A stretch of 64,000 nucleotides of DNA from Rhodosorus marinus CCMP1338. Taxonomy: Eukaryota > Plantae > Rhodophyta. The position numbers and the translations under genes were made by a program. Below the pieces are notes generated by a model. It saw only the letters and a list, made by a program, of their open reading frames with translations. It was not told the DNA's origin and searched no databases. The stretch covers positions 806,001-870,000 of the forward strand of contig JAMWBK010000008.1 in assembly GCA_029953675.1 (NCBI GenBank). Reading direction: 5' to 3'. Position 1 is the stretch's first letter. The number at the start of each line of letters is the position of its first letter. Below, in pieces: positions 49,982-61,928 of this stretch.

Positions 49982-50882
49982 ATGGAGAGCGTTTACGATA
50001 CTGGCAGTGACAAGATCGTTCTGGGGTCCATTGTTGAAATCGCTGAGGCGGCTGGGCTCAGGATCCTTGAGATCTACGACAAGGATGTGGCGGAGTGGGA
50101 TCAGAAAGTGAAATCGGATTCATCGCCGCTTACCCAGGCTGACCTGCAGGCAAATGCAATCATTTGTGATAAGCTGACCGCTCTGTTCCCGAGTATCCCC
50201 ATCATGTCTGAGGAGAACAAGCAAGCCCCGTACGAGGAAAGGATCCGGTGGGAACATTACTGGTGTGTAGATCCACTTGATGGAACCAAGGAGTTTATTA
50301 AGCGTAACGGTGAGTTTACAGTGAACATTGCCCTGTGCAAGACCACCGACAAAGTGGCTACCCCGGTGCTTGGAGTAGTATACACTCCGGTTAGCAAGAA
50401 GACACACATGGCGGCTGTAGGCAGTGGCGCATTCCTTCGCCTCGGAGACGCAGCGCCTAATAAGATTGAGGTGTCAACCTATAAAGGGTCAGACTCGGGC
50501 TTGACGCTCGTATGCTCGAGAAGTCATTTGGATGACAAGACGAAGGCGTTCATGGCAAAGTAAGAGGTCGACAATTCTTCTGTGTCGAACTGTCTACTCT
50601 TTTTTTGCTCACCCATCTTTGCTGACGTTCATCTTCAGGTACAAAGACCCGAGAACTGCCAGCATGGGAAGCAGTCTGAAGTTCATGCTGATCGCAGAGG
50701 GTGAAGCTCAAATCTATCCTCGGTTGGCGCCAACAATGGAGTGGGATACGGCTGCTGCCCAGGTAGTTGTTGAGCAGGCTGGCGGAAAGGTCGTCCAATT
50801 TGAATCCCGTGAGCCAGTGATTTACAACAAGCCGGACCTTCTCAACCCCTTCTTCTTGTGCTATGGGAATCAGACTGATTAG
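49982..50882 (+). CDS. cysQ: 3'(2'),5'-bisphosphate nucleotidase, bacterial CysQ type; exons 49982-50559, 50639-50882
   Basis: KSDSSPLTQAD, IMSEE, WCVDPLDGTKEFIKRNGEFTVNIAL, SRSH and GSSLKF..IAEG.A.IYPRLAPTMEWDTAAA, with one GT-AG intron at 50560-50638. Confidence 0.93.
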
Positions 50883-52003
50883 AAATCAGCTTGCAATTAG
50901 TGTGTAGTCACAGAGGCGAGGAACTTGTCGATCGGCCACTGTGGCCTGGAAGGAACCCCTTCCTTTCTAGCAGGTTTTTTGGTTTTGTTTAGGTATAAAC
51001 CAGCGGTCGTCGTTGAGCGCTTGATTGCGACAGTGGCACTTTTCGTAGAAAGACGTTTTCTCCATCGCAATAGTAGAACTCCCAAAGGCAGAGTCCCACC
51101 ATGACTTCGTCGCGGATGTCCTCGATAGCGCTGAATCTTGTAAAGACCACCAGATGGTCAGGGATCTGGGCAGTTCCAGAAGCTGCCTAGCAAAGGACCA
51201 CATCGTTTGTTAAGTTTTAGAATCCGATTCTGTAGACACCAGATACACAAGATCTCGGTTTTCGCGCTTTCATGTCATATAAACTGAGGCATAAGGGTAA
51301 CATCCATTCGAACTATTCAAGTTGGAGGATCGGAAGCTTGCCTCTAGTCGGAAGTTTGGACCGGAGAACGTCTGCTTGTCCTGCGATCTCGATCAGAAAT
51401 CTGGCACCTGTTCAGTTGGTTCATACGTTTGCCCAGTAGCCGCCGCGATGTAAACGAGTGCGGAATTGAGTGTGCATGAACAGAGAAGCCCGCCTATCCT
51501 CCCAAGCATGATGACTGTTTCTAGTACTCTCGTGCTCTTCCAGTCGTGGAGCACTCCATGGGGGATATGCTTCTTGTGAGTATCGGAGCTATCTCGTATT
51601 CGGTCGAGGAATGCAAGTCCCGTGATAACCCTGATTCAAGCATGCACAAAGTTCTTCTTCAGGAGCGTCGCTATGGTCATAGATGGCAATGATATCCTTC
51701 CGTTGCGATCCAGTAGCCTCATGTCAGCAATTGACTCGGATTACGCTTGCAGGTTTCTATCTAAACTTCTGCCTTTGTCAGCTGATATTGACTAATTCCA
51801 CAGTAGCCGTATCCACCCTACCAACGATTCGTGGCCAGGTCGGACCGAACAGTCTGCGTTGTCGCTGAGTCCTAGATTTTTGGGTTTGGAGTCTGGCGGA
51901 GTGAGTTTCTTTCAGCGCTACTGAGTCCCTCCTCTTTTGCTAGGCTGGGAGAGCGGAGCTGACAGAGACGAGAACTGAGGAGGTCAAAGCTAATAGCGAA
52001 AGG

Positions 52004-53089
52004 ATGCAGTGTGCAATTGATGAAATCTGTGATCCCTTGGATGCGGGTGTCTATGGATCATCATTGACAGGATGGAAGGAGCAAGCGTTCAGTGCGCTGT
52101 TTGGTACCTTTCTCACTGGGACAGCATCAATTGCGGGCGTTGCGTTCTTCAAGTTCACGCCGGTATGCTTTTTCGGATTCCACCGAAATTTATCTGTGGT
52201 CCACGAATCCGAAACTGTCACTGTAGATTTCTCCTAACGCTTCTCTTCCACGGCGTTTTTCCCACATAGAAGCAGAAGCAGCTTTTCGCGTTTCTGTTGA
52301 ACTTCTCCGCTGGAGCTATGATGGCAGATGTATTCGTTCATATTCTTCCACACAGCTATGGACATCAAAGTCACAGTCATGACCATGAACAAGAGCATGG
52401 CACTCACGACCATCACCACGCTACCAGCCCTGTCGATACGCTTGGCGAACCGGGAGCGTTGTTGGTACTTGGCATAGTCATTTTCATAGGTCTCGACCGG
52501 ATAACAAGGTGGCTTGCTGAACGAGGCAATCGACAGTTGAGCTCTGTCGCCACCCTGAACCTTGTGGCCGATGCTCTTCACAACGTTGCGGACGGCATGG
52601 CAATCGCTGCAGCGTATATGACCAACGCGAAGCTCGGCCGCGCTACTGTAATTGTCTCATGGCTTCATGAACTACCGCAGGAGCTCGGCGACTACGCCGT
52701 GCTCACCTCTAGTGGCCTCAGTCGTTCCAAAGCCTTGGCGTTGAACTTCCTATGTGGAATGGTCGCTTTGGTTGGTACTGCCGTCGTTCTATTCCTCGGC
52801 GCAGCCTACGCAGCATCAGCGAAGTTCATTCTTCCTCTGGCAGCCGGAGGAATGCTTTACAACTCTCTGGCCTGTGTCATTCCAGAGGCCATGGCGGCTG
52901 ACCCAGGCGGACCGACACTACCCTCAAAGGTAAACAGACCATTCGAATCGGGGTAGGAGTTGATTTCCGTACTGACGAGCCACGAAAAACAACTCGTCAT
53001 TTTTTGATCAGGTTATGGCGTTTGCAAGACAGGTTGCAGGTCTTGGGCTAGGAGTACTTTGCCTAATGCTCATCTCACTTCTTGAATAG
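52004..53089 (+). CDS. ZIP (SLC39, LIV-1-like) zinc transporter; the N-terminus may extend upstream to about 51673 via extra exons
   Basis: FSAGAMMADVFVHILPH, a His-rich loop (HQSHSHDHEQEHGTHDHHH), LNLVADALHNVADGMAI, LHELPQELGDYAVL and AAGGMLY. Introns are at 52163-52269 and about 52929-53011. Confidence 0.9.
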
Positions 53090-54034
53090 CATCAGAGCAT
53101 CCTGGACCGCTGTTCACCATTGTTAGGACTCGAGGAGCACCCTTCGGATCGGCCTGAATTAGCTGCGGGGACGCGTAGTTGATTGCGCACAGGGAATGCG
53201 GAGCAACTCCGCGTTCCCTGCGCGCATCAACTGTGCTCTTAGTCGTGATTGCTTCTAGCAAGAGCGGTCGTGACTGTCCAGAGAGTGGTTTCGGCTAACT
53301 GTCGAGGAAGCTCACAAGCCCCGGGTTGTTTGAGATATTTTCTTGTGATGCGCTTGGGCTCTTATATCTTTGGCTCCTGGAGAGAGAGCGCGTCTGACCT
53401 CTGTTTTGGCATCTGATCGTGAAACTAACTTAAGCAGCTCAGTGTTCCGCGGGATGCTGAGTATGTGTACGTACTGACTTCGCTGAACAAAAAGGTGGTG
53501 ACAGACCATCACCCGGCTCGTTCTAGCACAGTTTGTCTATCCACACGAGTCCAAGAAGCCTCAGTGAGGGGTAGGAGAAGCGACATGCACTAGACCAAAT
53601 CGCTGCTCGTTGATTCTTTTTAGGGTTTGTTTCTGCTTGGAGGCGTGACTTGAATACCCGCTGGCTTGAGGAATTACGGACTCGAGCTGAGTTCACTCGG
53701 AAAATGGCATGTGCGTTAACCCGGCCGGAGAGGTTAGTCTTGTCAGCGACGGTTTGAAACGAAGACAAAATTCTTTTGAGGGACACTACAACCGCGCACT
53801 GGCGTTGATCAGAACTGTGCGGGCTTTTGAGTTCATGGGGGGGGGGCGGTTTCCAGCTGTTCGGATCGAATGGAGGACAAGATACAATTTTAGTTTCAAC
53901 AGCTTGTGTTGACAGTTTATAAATACATAGCAAACCGGGTTTTCATCTTGGGAGTAAATTAGCCTTAGCTCTGGTCGACAAACATGGTTAGTGGAGAAGG
54001 ATTGCGGAGTTCTCCCCTTCACCTCTCCACAGGT

Positions 54035-54766
54035 TTAGTTCGACGATGACCTTCGCCTTCTAGGTTTAAGGGAAGCGAGTCGTTGTCGAACTGTCGACCA
54101 TCGACCTTGCTGTTTTGCCTCTTGATTCTCAGGTGGCTCGTGTGAGGAGCTTCCATCAAGCGAGAGGCTCAAGTTGCTGTCACGAAGCTCAACAGACTGG
54201 CTATCCGAGCTCGAAAATTGTGGCAAGCCCTTCCACTCCGGCGGTTGCAGTGGCGCACTAGATATCAGGTTGATGAGGCAATCCCGTTTCAACGCATTCT
54301 GTTTTCTCTCATAATTACCACCACTATGGGTCGGCGGCGACCAGGTGGGGTCTATTTCCGTCCTCTCAACCCTCCCTGAGCTCCCTTGAATGTGACTCGT
54401 CAGGTCCTGAGAAAGAGTAATCTCCGAGTCCTTCTCCTTCGAATCAACGGCACCATGTCCCCCTCCGGAACCACTTGCAGAAGCATTTTCATCGATAAGG
54501 GCCTTGTATCTCTCATCCAAAGCCGGGTCAGGTCGCAAGGAACTCCGCAAAGAAAACCTTCTCTTATCGGCCGCATCCCTTGACACTTCCCCAAAAGAAT
54601 CGGTTATCGGAGGTCCTGGACCCTTCTGCGATCTAGAAGTTCTGGACCAATCGGTCACCTCCGTCGTCCCTTCTCTTGATCGTTCTACTTCCACTGGAAG
54701 CCCGTCTATTTTCCGCTGAAGACTCCTAGACGCAAAGGAGTCCCCCTCCATACCGCCTAAATCCAT
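54035..54766 (-). CDS. Hypothetical Ser/Gly/Arg-rich disordered protein, probably one exon of a larger gene spanning about 53500-55200
   Basis: 243-aa open frame with low-complexity charged composition. No domain was recognised. Confidence 0.4.
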   Translation of the reverse strand: MDLGGMEGDSFASRSLQRKIDGLPVEVERSREGTTEVTDWSRTSRSQKGPGPPITDSFGEVSRDAADKRRFSLRSSLRPDPALDERYKALIDENASASGSGGGHGAVDSKEKDSEITLSQDLTSHIQGSSGRVERTEIDPTWSPPTHSGGNYERKQNALKRDCLINLISSAPLQPPEWKGLPQFSSSDSQSVELRDSNLSLSLDGSSSHEPPENQEAKQQGRWSTVRQRLASLKPRRRRSSSN

Positions 54767-56189
54767 TGAGCTGTACCAACCATTCCCGCGGTCGCGCTAG
54801 CCCTCATGAAGCAAGCGGCCCAGTAAACCCAAACACCCTCGTCCAGCTAAGTAAGAAACGCCAGACCCGCTCCCCTACCAAAGGTAGAACTCCCCCCTGC
54901 AACCAACCTCGAAAAAGCTAATGAGGCTCCTCAAACACAACCTGCCAATAACACCTTATAAGCTAGCCAACAAAATGCTTCTCCACAACAGTATCCAAAA
55001 CCACCACCTCCAGAACTCTTTTCCGACCAGAGCCCCCTTTCCAAAACCCCTTCCAAGCAAGCCACCCTCCTCAACTTCATGCAAACCGACCAAACTTCCC
55101 GCCCTCGATTCAACGAAGCGTCCACCACAAAACGACAACTTCAGTTCAGACCCTCTTTCTGACCAAACGTAAACATCCGCACTCATTCCCCTCCAATATC
55201 AGCATTCACAAAGCAAATCCGCCTTCAGAACCCAGACATTGCTTCTCGCACGAATGACAAAAATACCCCCTTGGACTCATACGCCAGCAGCTCCAAGCCT
55301 CCTCCCACGTTCTTCCTCGAGTTCGTCCTCCAACAAGAAGCGTTGACAATGTACCATCGGTTCCAAACGCCGTTTAGAGACCGAGCTTTCTCCTCCCATA
55401 CATCTTCTAAGGTAAAACCCCTCCTTCGAACACTGGAGTGACAGTAGGCCGCAGCACCCTACGACGATCTGAGGACAAGGCATCGGTCCTCAAAGCTTTC
55501 TTCCAGGGCGGAGAGGACTTTTAAGAGGCAGCGCTCCTAAGGGACTGAGGAAGCCAGTACATCGATCTGTACCTATTCAAGCTAGCAAACTCTGCTCCGC
55601 ACAGGAGCAGAGTTTAAAAATGCGCTCGCGTTCATTGATGCCTAGCTGCGACCAAGATCAACGCATTCGGAACTATCACTGTTTATTTGTAAGACTGACT
55701 CAAACCTGGCTTCCCGGCTTCCTTGCTGGCTGCTATCGCTCAAATACTTCGTCTGAGAAAGCGAACCAGAACCGGAAGGCAGAATAACCGTGATCGGATG
55801 CTGCGGTCTCGCATGAAGGCTTGACTGTGACCTAAAGCGTACTACCGCCTGGATGATCCATGAGCTCCGCCAGCTCTTGAAGAGATTCGATTCACGACCT
55901 TGTGTGTGGAGTTCGACTACTGCTTTGTTTTCTACCGCGAGTTTGTAGTATCTTTCATATCGCTCTCAATGACAGCAATACTTTTACTGCCGATGTTTCC
56001 GGAATGGTCTTTCTCGTCGGAAAATGACGAGTAGATCACATTCATCAGTTACGTTAGTCTGGATTAATCCAGCACCCGCGGGGTTCCCGGTCCAGCGGGA
56101 CAATGTTTGAAGTTTCTATACAGTTATGCAGTCGTTCAAAGGTTGCGACTTCGATATGGCCTCGCCAAGGCAAAGGTCGTCTGGGTGAA

Positions 56190-57035
56190 TCATTCCGAGC
56201 TCTTTGCGTTTGACCGCATGATTGCAGTCACTCGTGCACGGTCCTTCATAAAGTTCTCGCGAAGGTTCTGAGCCTTTCTGCGTTTTTCTTCTCGCTCCTT
56301 GTATCGGTAGAAGTTTGGCATGCCTTCAAAGGATGCTGACTTCTTACGTTTGCGCTCTTGTTGGCGAGTTATGATATCTGCGGCCTTGTTCGCTGCATAT
56401 GACTTCGTGACCACACGGAATCCATCTTCATCTACCGTGCTATTCATCGCCGCTCTCTGAAGCCTTTCTTGATTCTGATTGTAGAAAAGAAGCGCCGAAG
56501 GCGGTGTTTGACTTTCTTCAGAGGAGAGAACGGCCTCTTTTTTGTTTTCCCTTACACTTAGGTGTGTACTCACCTCCTGTTCTTCAACTTCTTGCATTAA
56601 TTCGGCTGCCCAAACTCGGACTTTCTCGTCACCAGGATGTGCCTCCTTGTATTCCTTCAGAAAACAATCCAACCCACCGGAGAACTTGAGGTCAACGCAA
56701 CTTCGTAGCCGGCTGAGCTTCTCAGCTGGCATGTCAGTCCGCAGCGCTTCATTCAAAGCGTCCTGCGACTCCATCTCTACCCTCGCAAAGCATGTCTTAA
56801 GGACACCTTCGCCTTTGTCCAGGAACCCGATTTTCACGTCGCGAACCTCTCCAAACTCCTCAAGAATCACTCGTAGCGCATCCTCATCCTGGCTGCTCCC
56901 CGGTAAGTTGGCGACGAACAACACTGGCTTGGTTGATCCCTTCTCGCGATGCTGCCGAACGTAGACCAAGTGCTTGACGCCATCGTCGAGATCAATGGAC
57001 CAGATCACGTAGCCTTCTTTCGTTTTCTGAACCAT
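56190..57035 (-). CDS. RRP7: Ribosomal RNA-processing protein 7 (RRM-like N-terminus plus RRP7 C-terminal domain); intron 56573-56475
   Basis: HLVYVRQH...VLFVANLP...FGEV, then [10 protein letters not shown] and [29 protein letters not shown], the RRP7 C-terminal pattern. Confidence 0.8.
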   Translation of the reverse strand: MVQKTKEGYVIWSIDLDDGVKHLVYVRQHREKGSTKPVLFVANLPGSSQDEDALRVILEEFGEVRDVKIGFLDKGEGVLKTCFARVEMESQDALNEALRTDMPAEKLSRLRSCVDLKFSGGLDCFLKEYKEAHPGDEKVRVWAAELMQEVEEQEVSTHLSVRENKKEAVLSSEESQTPPSALLFYNQNQERLQRAAMNSTVDEDGFRVVTKSYAANKAADIITRQQERKRKKSASFEGMPNFYRYKEREEKRRKAQNLRENFMKDRARVTAIMRSNAKSSE

Positions 57036-58212
57036 ATCAGTTAATTTTTTATCCCGTTGGCTCCATCTCAACCTTCTCAATGGGGAGATAGCCGTCTACC
57101 AACCCCCAGCCGATTCCTCAGAACGCACCGGGAGGTGCATCCATGACCATCTCCGACCAGACTCCGGTGACTTGATACTGGTGGGTTTGGGTATGGACGA
57201 TGAACAAGCTGCGATGCTCAGATTATTGTACACGGAAAAATTCATCACCTCTAGCATCAGTTCAGACTTCGACAAAGGACACCATCGCTGCCTCTTTCAA
57301 TTTCAGTAAAGGATATTGAACCAACGCCATCCCTTGACGTCTCCTCCTCTCCGAAGGCTTCCTGCTGGCAAGGGGTGAAACCAGCAAAGACAGCGGAGAC
57401 GAAAAAAGTGGTCAGATAGGTGTACAGGCCTGACGAATACATAAAATATTCTGCAGTATGGCAGCAGGCTTTGGACCTACCCCGGAGCTCTCCCACTACT
57501 CCTAACCCCTCGCCCCTACTCCTATGCCCATCGACGGCAGAGAGCTCGTCATCCCTAGACCTCAATCACTATCACCTTTCAAAGGACACGCGGACATAAA
57601 CAATTAGTCAATAAAAAAACATTCTTACGATCTATTCGCCACAAGTTTCTGTAATTTCTATATAATTGGTTTATACTACATGTCTTGTAATAATATAAAT
57701 ATACTTACGATCAATAATAAAGATATATTTTTGAATTTCAAGATTAGTTTCGAACTGATTGGCTATATAGAAGATAATGGATACTGATTCTCTCCTTTTT
57801 TTGGAAGAAGTTCTTTTTGTTTTTTGGTAGATTCTAAGACACACGAGATGGTCCAATCAGGACTGGAGTTTCCCTCTTATGTTTGTTTTTATTTAATAAA
57901 ATGAATAATGAGTTAAGGGACTTGGGATGGCGCTCAAGTTGATATATTTAGCTACTTAGAGAAGAAGGGTTGATGGTGGAGATGGGCATAGTGCTGGGGG
58001 TGTTGGAGAGGAAGGTGGGGCTACAGCTGCTGCGTCAGAATGGTTTAGGTTTGTTCTGGAATCTCTAGAGCTTTGATTGCTAGTGGGACTACTGGTTTTT
58101 CTCTTTTTAGTGTTGTGTGTGTGTGGGGGCGGGTGGGTGGGTTGGGGCAAGGGATATTGAGGTTGGTGGTTTTGGTGTTCTGTCTTTTTTTTGTTTCTTT
58201 GGGATTGAGGAG

Positions 58213-58671
58213 ATGGAGGGCGTGGGATTTGCTGTGGCTCCGCTTTCTTCGACGAGGAGGGATGTTGTGGTTTGTGGAGCGGTGAAGACGTACAGACTGA
58301 ATACTCGGCGGATTGTGTTGGGGAGATCGCTGAGGAAAACGGCGAAGGGAACGCGCAAGGCGGTGGCGAGAAGGGTTGCTTTGACTGGACGTCGTATGCG
58401 CGTTGCAGCTGCTACGCTGAATCGTAGACTGAAATTTGCTGGTTTGATTGGCTTGGTTGCCCTGCTTGGGCTCATTCTTTCTCTTCTGTTCCCAGCGGGT
58501 GTAGATGCATGCTTGACCACGCCAACGGAAATGATAGACTCGAGAAAAAGATCCATGCAAGGGATTGTGTCCTGGATCGCCACGTTATCAGCAGCGACGA
58601 AGCTGCTTAACATGCGAAGGAGGAGAGCTGAAGTCGAAGACTCCGTTAGCGAACCACAGAACTCTATCTGA
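58213..58671 (+). CDS. Small, probably plastid-targeted membrane protein of unknown function
   Basis: Starts MEGVGFAVAP with a long Arg/Lys/Ala/Val-rich transit-like region, followed by a hydrophobic helix (FAGLIGLVALLGLILSLLF). Confidence 0.55.
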   Translation: MEGVGFAVAPLSSTRRDVVVCGAVKTYRLNTRRIVLGRSLRKTAKGTRKAVARRVALTGRRMRVAAATLNRRLKFAGLIGLVALLGLILSLLFPAGVDACLTTPTEMIDSRKRSMQGIVSWIATLSAATKLLNMRRRRAEVEDSVSEPQNSI

Positions 58672-59381
58672 AGCTACCCTTTATACATATGTGTGAATTT
58701 GTTTTCCCCAGTGAATCCCATCTTGAGGCTGCTATGAACTTAATGTTGTAGATTAGATCATCAAATGAATGTAATTCCTTTTTGCAAGATAGTTCTCAGG
58801 ATTTAGTCCGGTACTCGTCTTGGACCCCATCAATTAGCGGGATTTCACGACAAACGTGCGGCCTCCCACGTCCGGCGGAGTACAAAATCCTGGAGTCGCC
58901 AGATCTCCTCCTTCTATGGCTTTGACACCACGGAGCCCTCCACAACGGCCTTTTCTCTTGCGCGGCGGAATCGTGCTGGCTCTTAACGCACGACAGCGGG
59001 ATCCCCAGGACTCTGCTGGCCAATATCATTCTTGGCTGAGCTCTTCCTTTCGAAATGTTACTGATCTACAGTTGAGTAACTTCTCAGGCTCAGGAGACGA
59101 TCCCAATCCTTAGATGGCCCGCCTCAGCGCTCCAATAGAGAACTCCTATCTCAGCAAAACCTTTTAACTGTCACCACAATGATTAAGTCAATTTAAGAAT
59201 TATATTCCTGTCAAACAGATTGAAAGTATTCTTTCTCCAAAAAGATTGACTGGGTAGGTGACTCTTAAAGGCTTCTTCTGCTTCATTATTGACTATGGGC
59301 ATTTTAGGAGGGAAAGCAGGTTCGGCCACTGGAAGGGGCGGAAGAGCTTGCGGGACTGCTTCGAATACGCGGACGTACAAG

Positions 59382-59920
59382 ATGGACATGTCGATGGCGA
59401 ATGGGTAAGTTAAAAAGCAACGAATCGTGACCTTTCATAGCAAGTAGCAAGTAGTGAGTTTCTTACGTTTAGTTTTGTTTTTAAGCGTATCGTTTGAGTT
59501 TCATATCTGTTCTTTTCTTGTCTTCTTAGCGTCGGTGAACCCAGTGGGTTGCTTGCTTCGCGGCGAGACAAAGTACTCCGATTGATGGATATGCTGGTCG
59601 AAGCGCTCGATCAAGTGTCTCAGATCAACACCGAAACAGCGGAAAAGTTTTCGCGGCAACTTGAGACCTTCATGAAGACACTCGCCGAGTTGAGGAAGGA
59701 GGTCCACGGGGATATTCTGAAGCTTGGTGCAGACCTAAGGGTTGAGGATCCGAGTCGTATATCCTTTCTTAAAGCTGACGTATCCGTGCAAAAGCTCGCT
59801 TTCATTGAGGAAAGCCTGAAGATGATTCTGGACGGAGAAAACCTGCGCGGCGATGGGGCAATCAGAAAGGCAGCTGGGGATCATCTGGCAGCACAAGATG
59901 AGCCCATGAAGCCTGCCTAG
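59382..59920 (+). CDS. Small alpha-helical hypothetical protein; exons 59382-59404 and 59531-59920
   Basis: Clean GTAAGT...TTAG intron joins MDMSMANG to VGEPSGLLASRRDKVLRLMDML.... The product is amphipathic-helical and loosely reminiscent of small Mediator subunits, which is not established. Confidence 0.6.
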
Positions 59921-61928
59921 CGGCTAACCTAGTACACAATTATAATTTAACCATCGGATGCGATGTGATAGGGGAAAGCGGTGAGATTGGAGGCACCCTC
60001 GACTCCCCCACTTCTGCCTCACCATCACTAATGCATCGAGCAGAATGACCACTTAACTCAAACCTCGTGCGTGCACCATACGGACGACCCAATTCCGTGC
60101 CGGTAAATAGGTTTTTGGAGTCCGCGCCGTTCTCACCGTTCACAGTGTTTGAAGAACTGAACGAGGATTGGTGGTTGGTCGTCTGACATTGTCGGAACGT
60201 AATATAAACAATGGACTTTACCCGCTTAAGTAGTTTTAAGACATGATCCCCAGACGTGTTGTCGTTGCCGTCCATCGAGAATTTCCTGGCGGTGACTTGA
60301 GCACCGGATCCTGCTTACGAACCTCTCAAAATAGAAAACGGGTTTACGTTCACCGTTATTATCAATCGGCAGCTATGTCGCGGCAGACGAACCCTTTCGA
60401 CCCGCCAGAGACCCGAGTCCTTCCGATTAACTTCTATTTCATAAGCCGTTATACTTTTCTTCTTGACATTCGCGAAGATACGTCGCACGGATGGACACCA
60501 CTCCGCGCGGGAATGGCGGGTCCGACTGTCAGTCCATAATTCCAAGAAAGGGCAGAGCCCCACTGACTCACAGCAACGCACTGGACTCAGGCTATGCGCA
60601 TACCGGAGCCTCTTTCCATTGGAGGATTCTAGCAGACTATCCGGCATGGATACATAGTTTTGTTAGAGTGGCTTCGCGCGATCGCGTCGACGCTCGCGGT
60701 TTGCTTGTTGTATCAGAAATAGGCGAGGCTACATACTTGTCCCAGAATTACCAGGGGAGATCGTGATCCGGCGCCTCCGAGTTCTTACTGGACAACCAAA
60801 CGTGCGCCCAGTACATTCTAGCTGACAGGAATCTCGTCCACAGGTACCAACGATCGTCCCTGAATCAATTAGACCCTGCTGAACTTCTTGCGTCTATCGC
60901 AGCTGAGAAACTTTGGTCAGCTTCAATCGACGTGTGGCATTTGCGTATTTAGATAACTTGAGACCACGATCATGTAGTGTAGACTAGACTAGCACTTGTC
61001 TGATCTAGACGGGACTTTCGCTCTGCTGAGAGCCAGGGGTGTTGAACTACGTCTGAGCAAGTGCGAGTTCCCGCGATTGAGATTCTCGGGCAGGGCCTTC
61101 CGTGTCCCACCATCGGGATGGATCCTTCGCGGAGAAGTCCATATCACCCGCAAAGCTAACGGAGCGGTGGAGGAGTTCTACAGCACGTTGTGCCGGGAGC
61201 CGTAAGGGCCGAAGCGCTCTCCTATTTTCCTTGCGAGATAATTTGTTGAGGCGGCACTCACCACCCGAAGTACGCCGCCGTGCTCGGGAGGAAAACACAC
61301 ATAGGGCCTGAGAGACGGAGCCCTTCCCTTCCCATCGAACACATACCAGGGCACATCCATTCACATATCTGTTTCGTCGTAGGGATTCATACAACGCCAC
61401 TCCAAGGCTGACACTTCCGCACTCATTCCACATTGAACGTCCCATAAGAGACAGTGACAGTCTGTCCGGAAGTGTACCTGTCTTTTTTCCCGAAATCACA
61501 ATTATGTTGACAATAGAATCGTAAATGAATTCCAGGCGCTTCCCCCAAAAGGACAAAACAAAACCGGTCAGGCCAAATGCAAGGGCCGATATTACCAATG
61601 CCGGTTTTGATGAGAACGTCGCCCCGTTCTTTTTCCTTGTCTTCGGAAGATTTCATATGAAAAGATCGTGTACATAGAGATAGAGAGGGGGGGAAGGGAT
61701 GGGAGGAGGTTGGAAAGTCATGGGGAGGAAGGTTGGGGTACTAGTGAGGTGCTGTCCGTGTTTTTTTGGTTTTAGGTACTTGCAAGGGAGGAGGAGCACA
61801 GTGTGAGGAAATTTTTTTTGTTTGTTCTTGTAAGCACTTTTTGAATTCGGGTTTTGGGAAGGAGGGCCGGGGGGGGGGAAGAGTTGGGATGAGAGGTTGA
61901 TGGTGAGGTTTGTTTCGGCTTCGAGGAA

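Noticed and set aside
57257-57565. 102-aa minus-strand ORF upstream of RRP7
   Set aside because: It starts at a non-ATG codon, has no family resemblance and has no splice link to RRP7.
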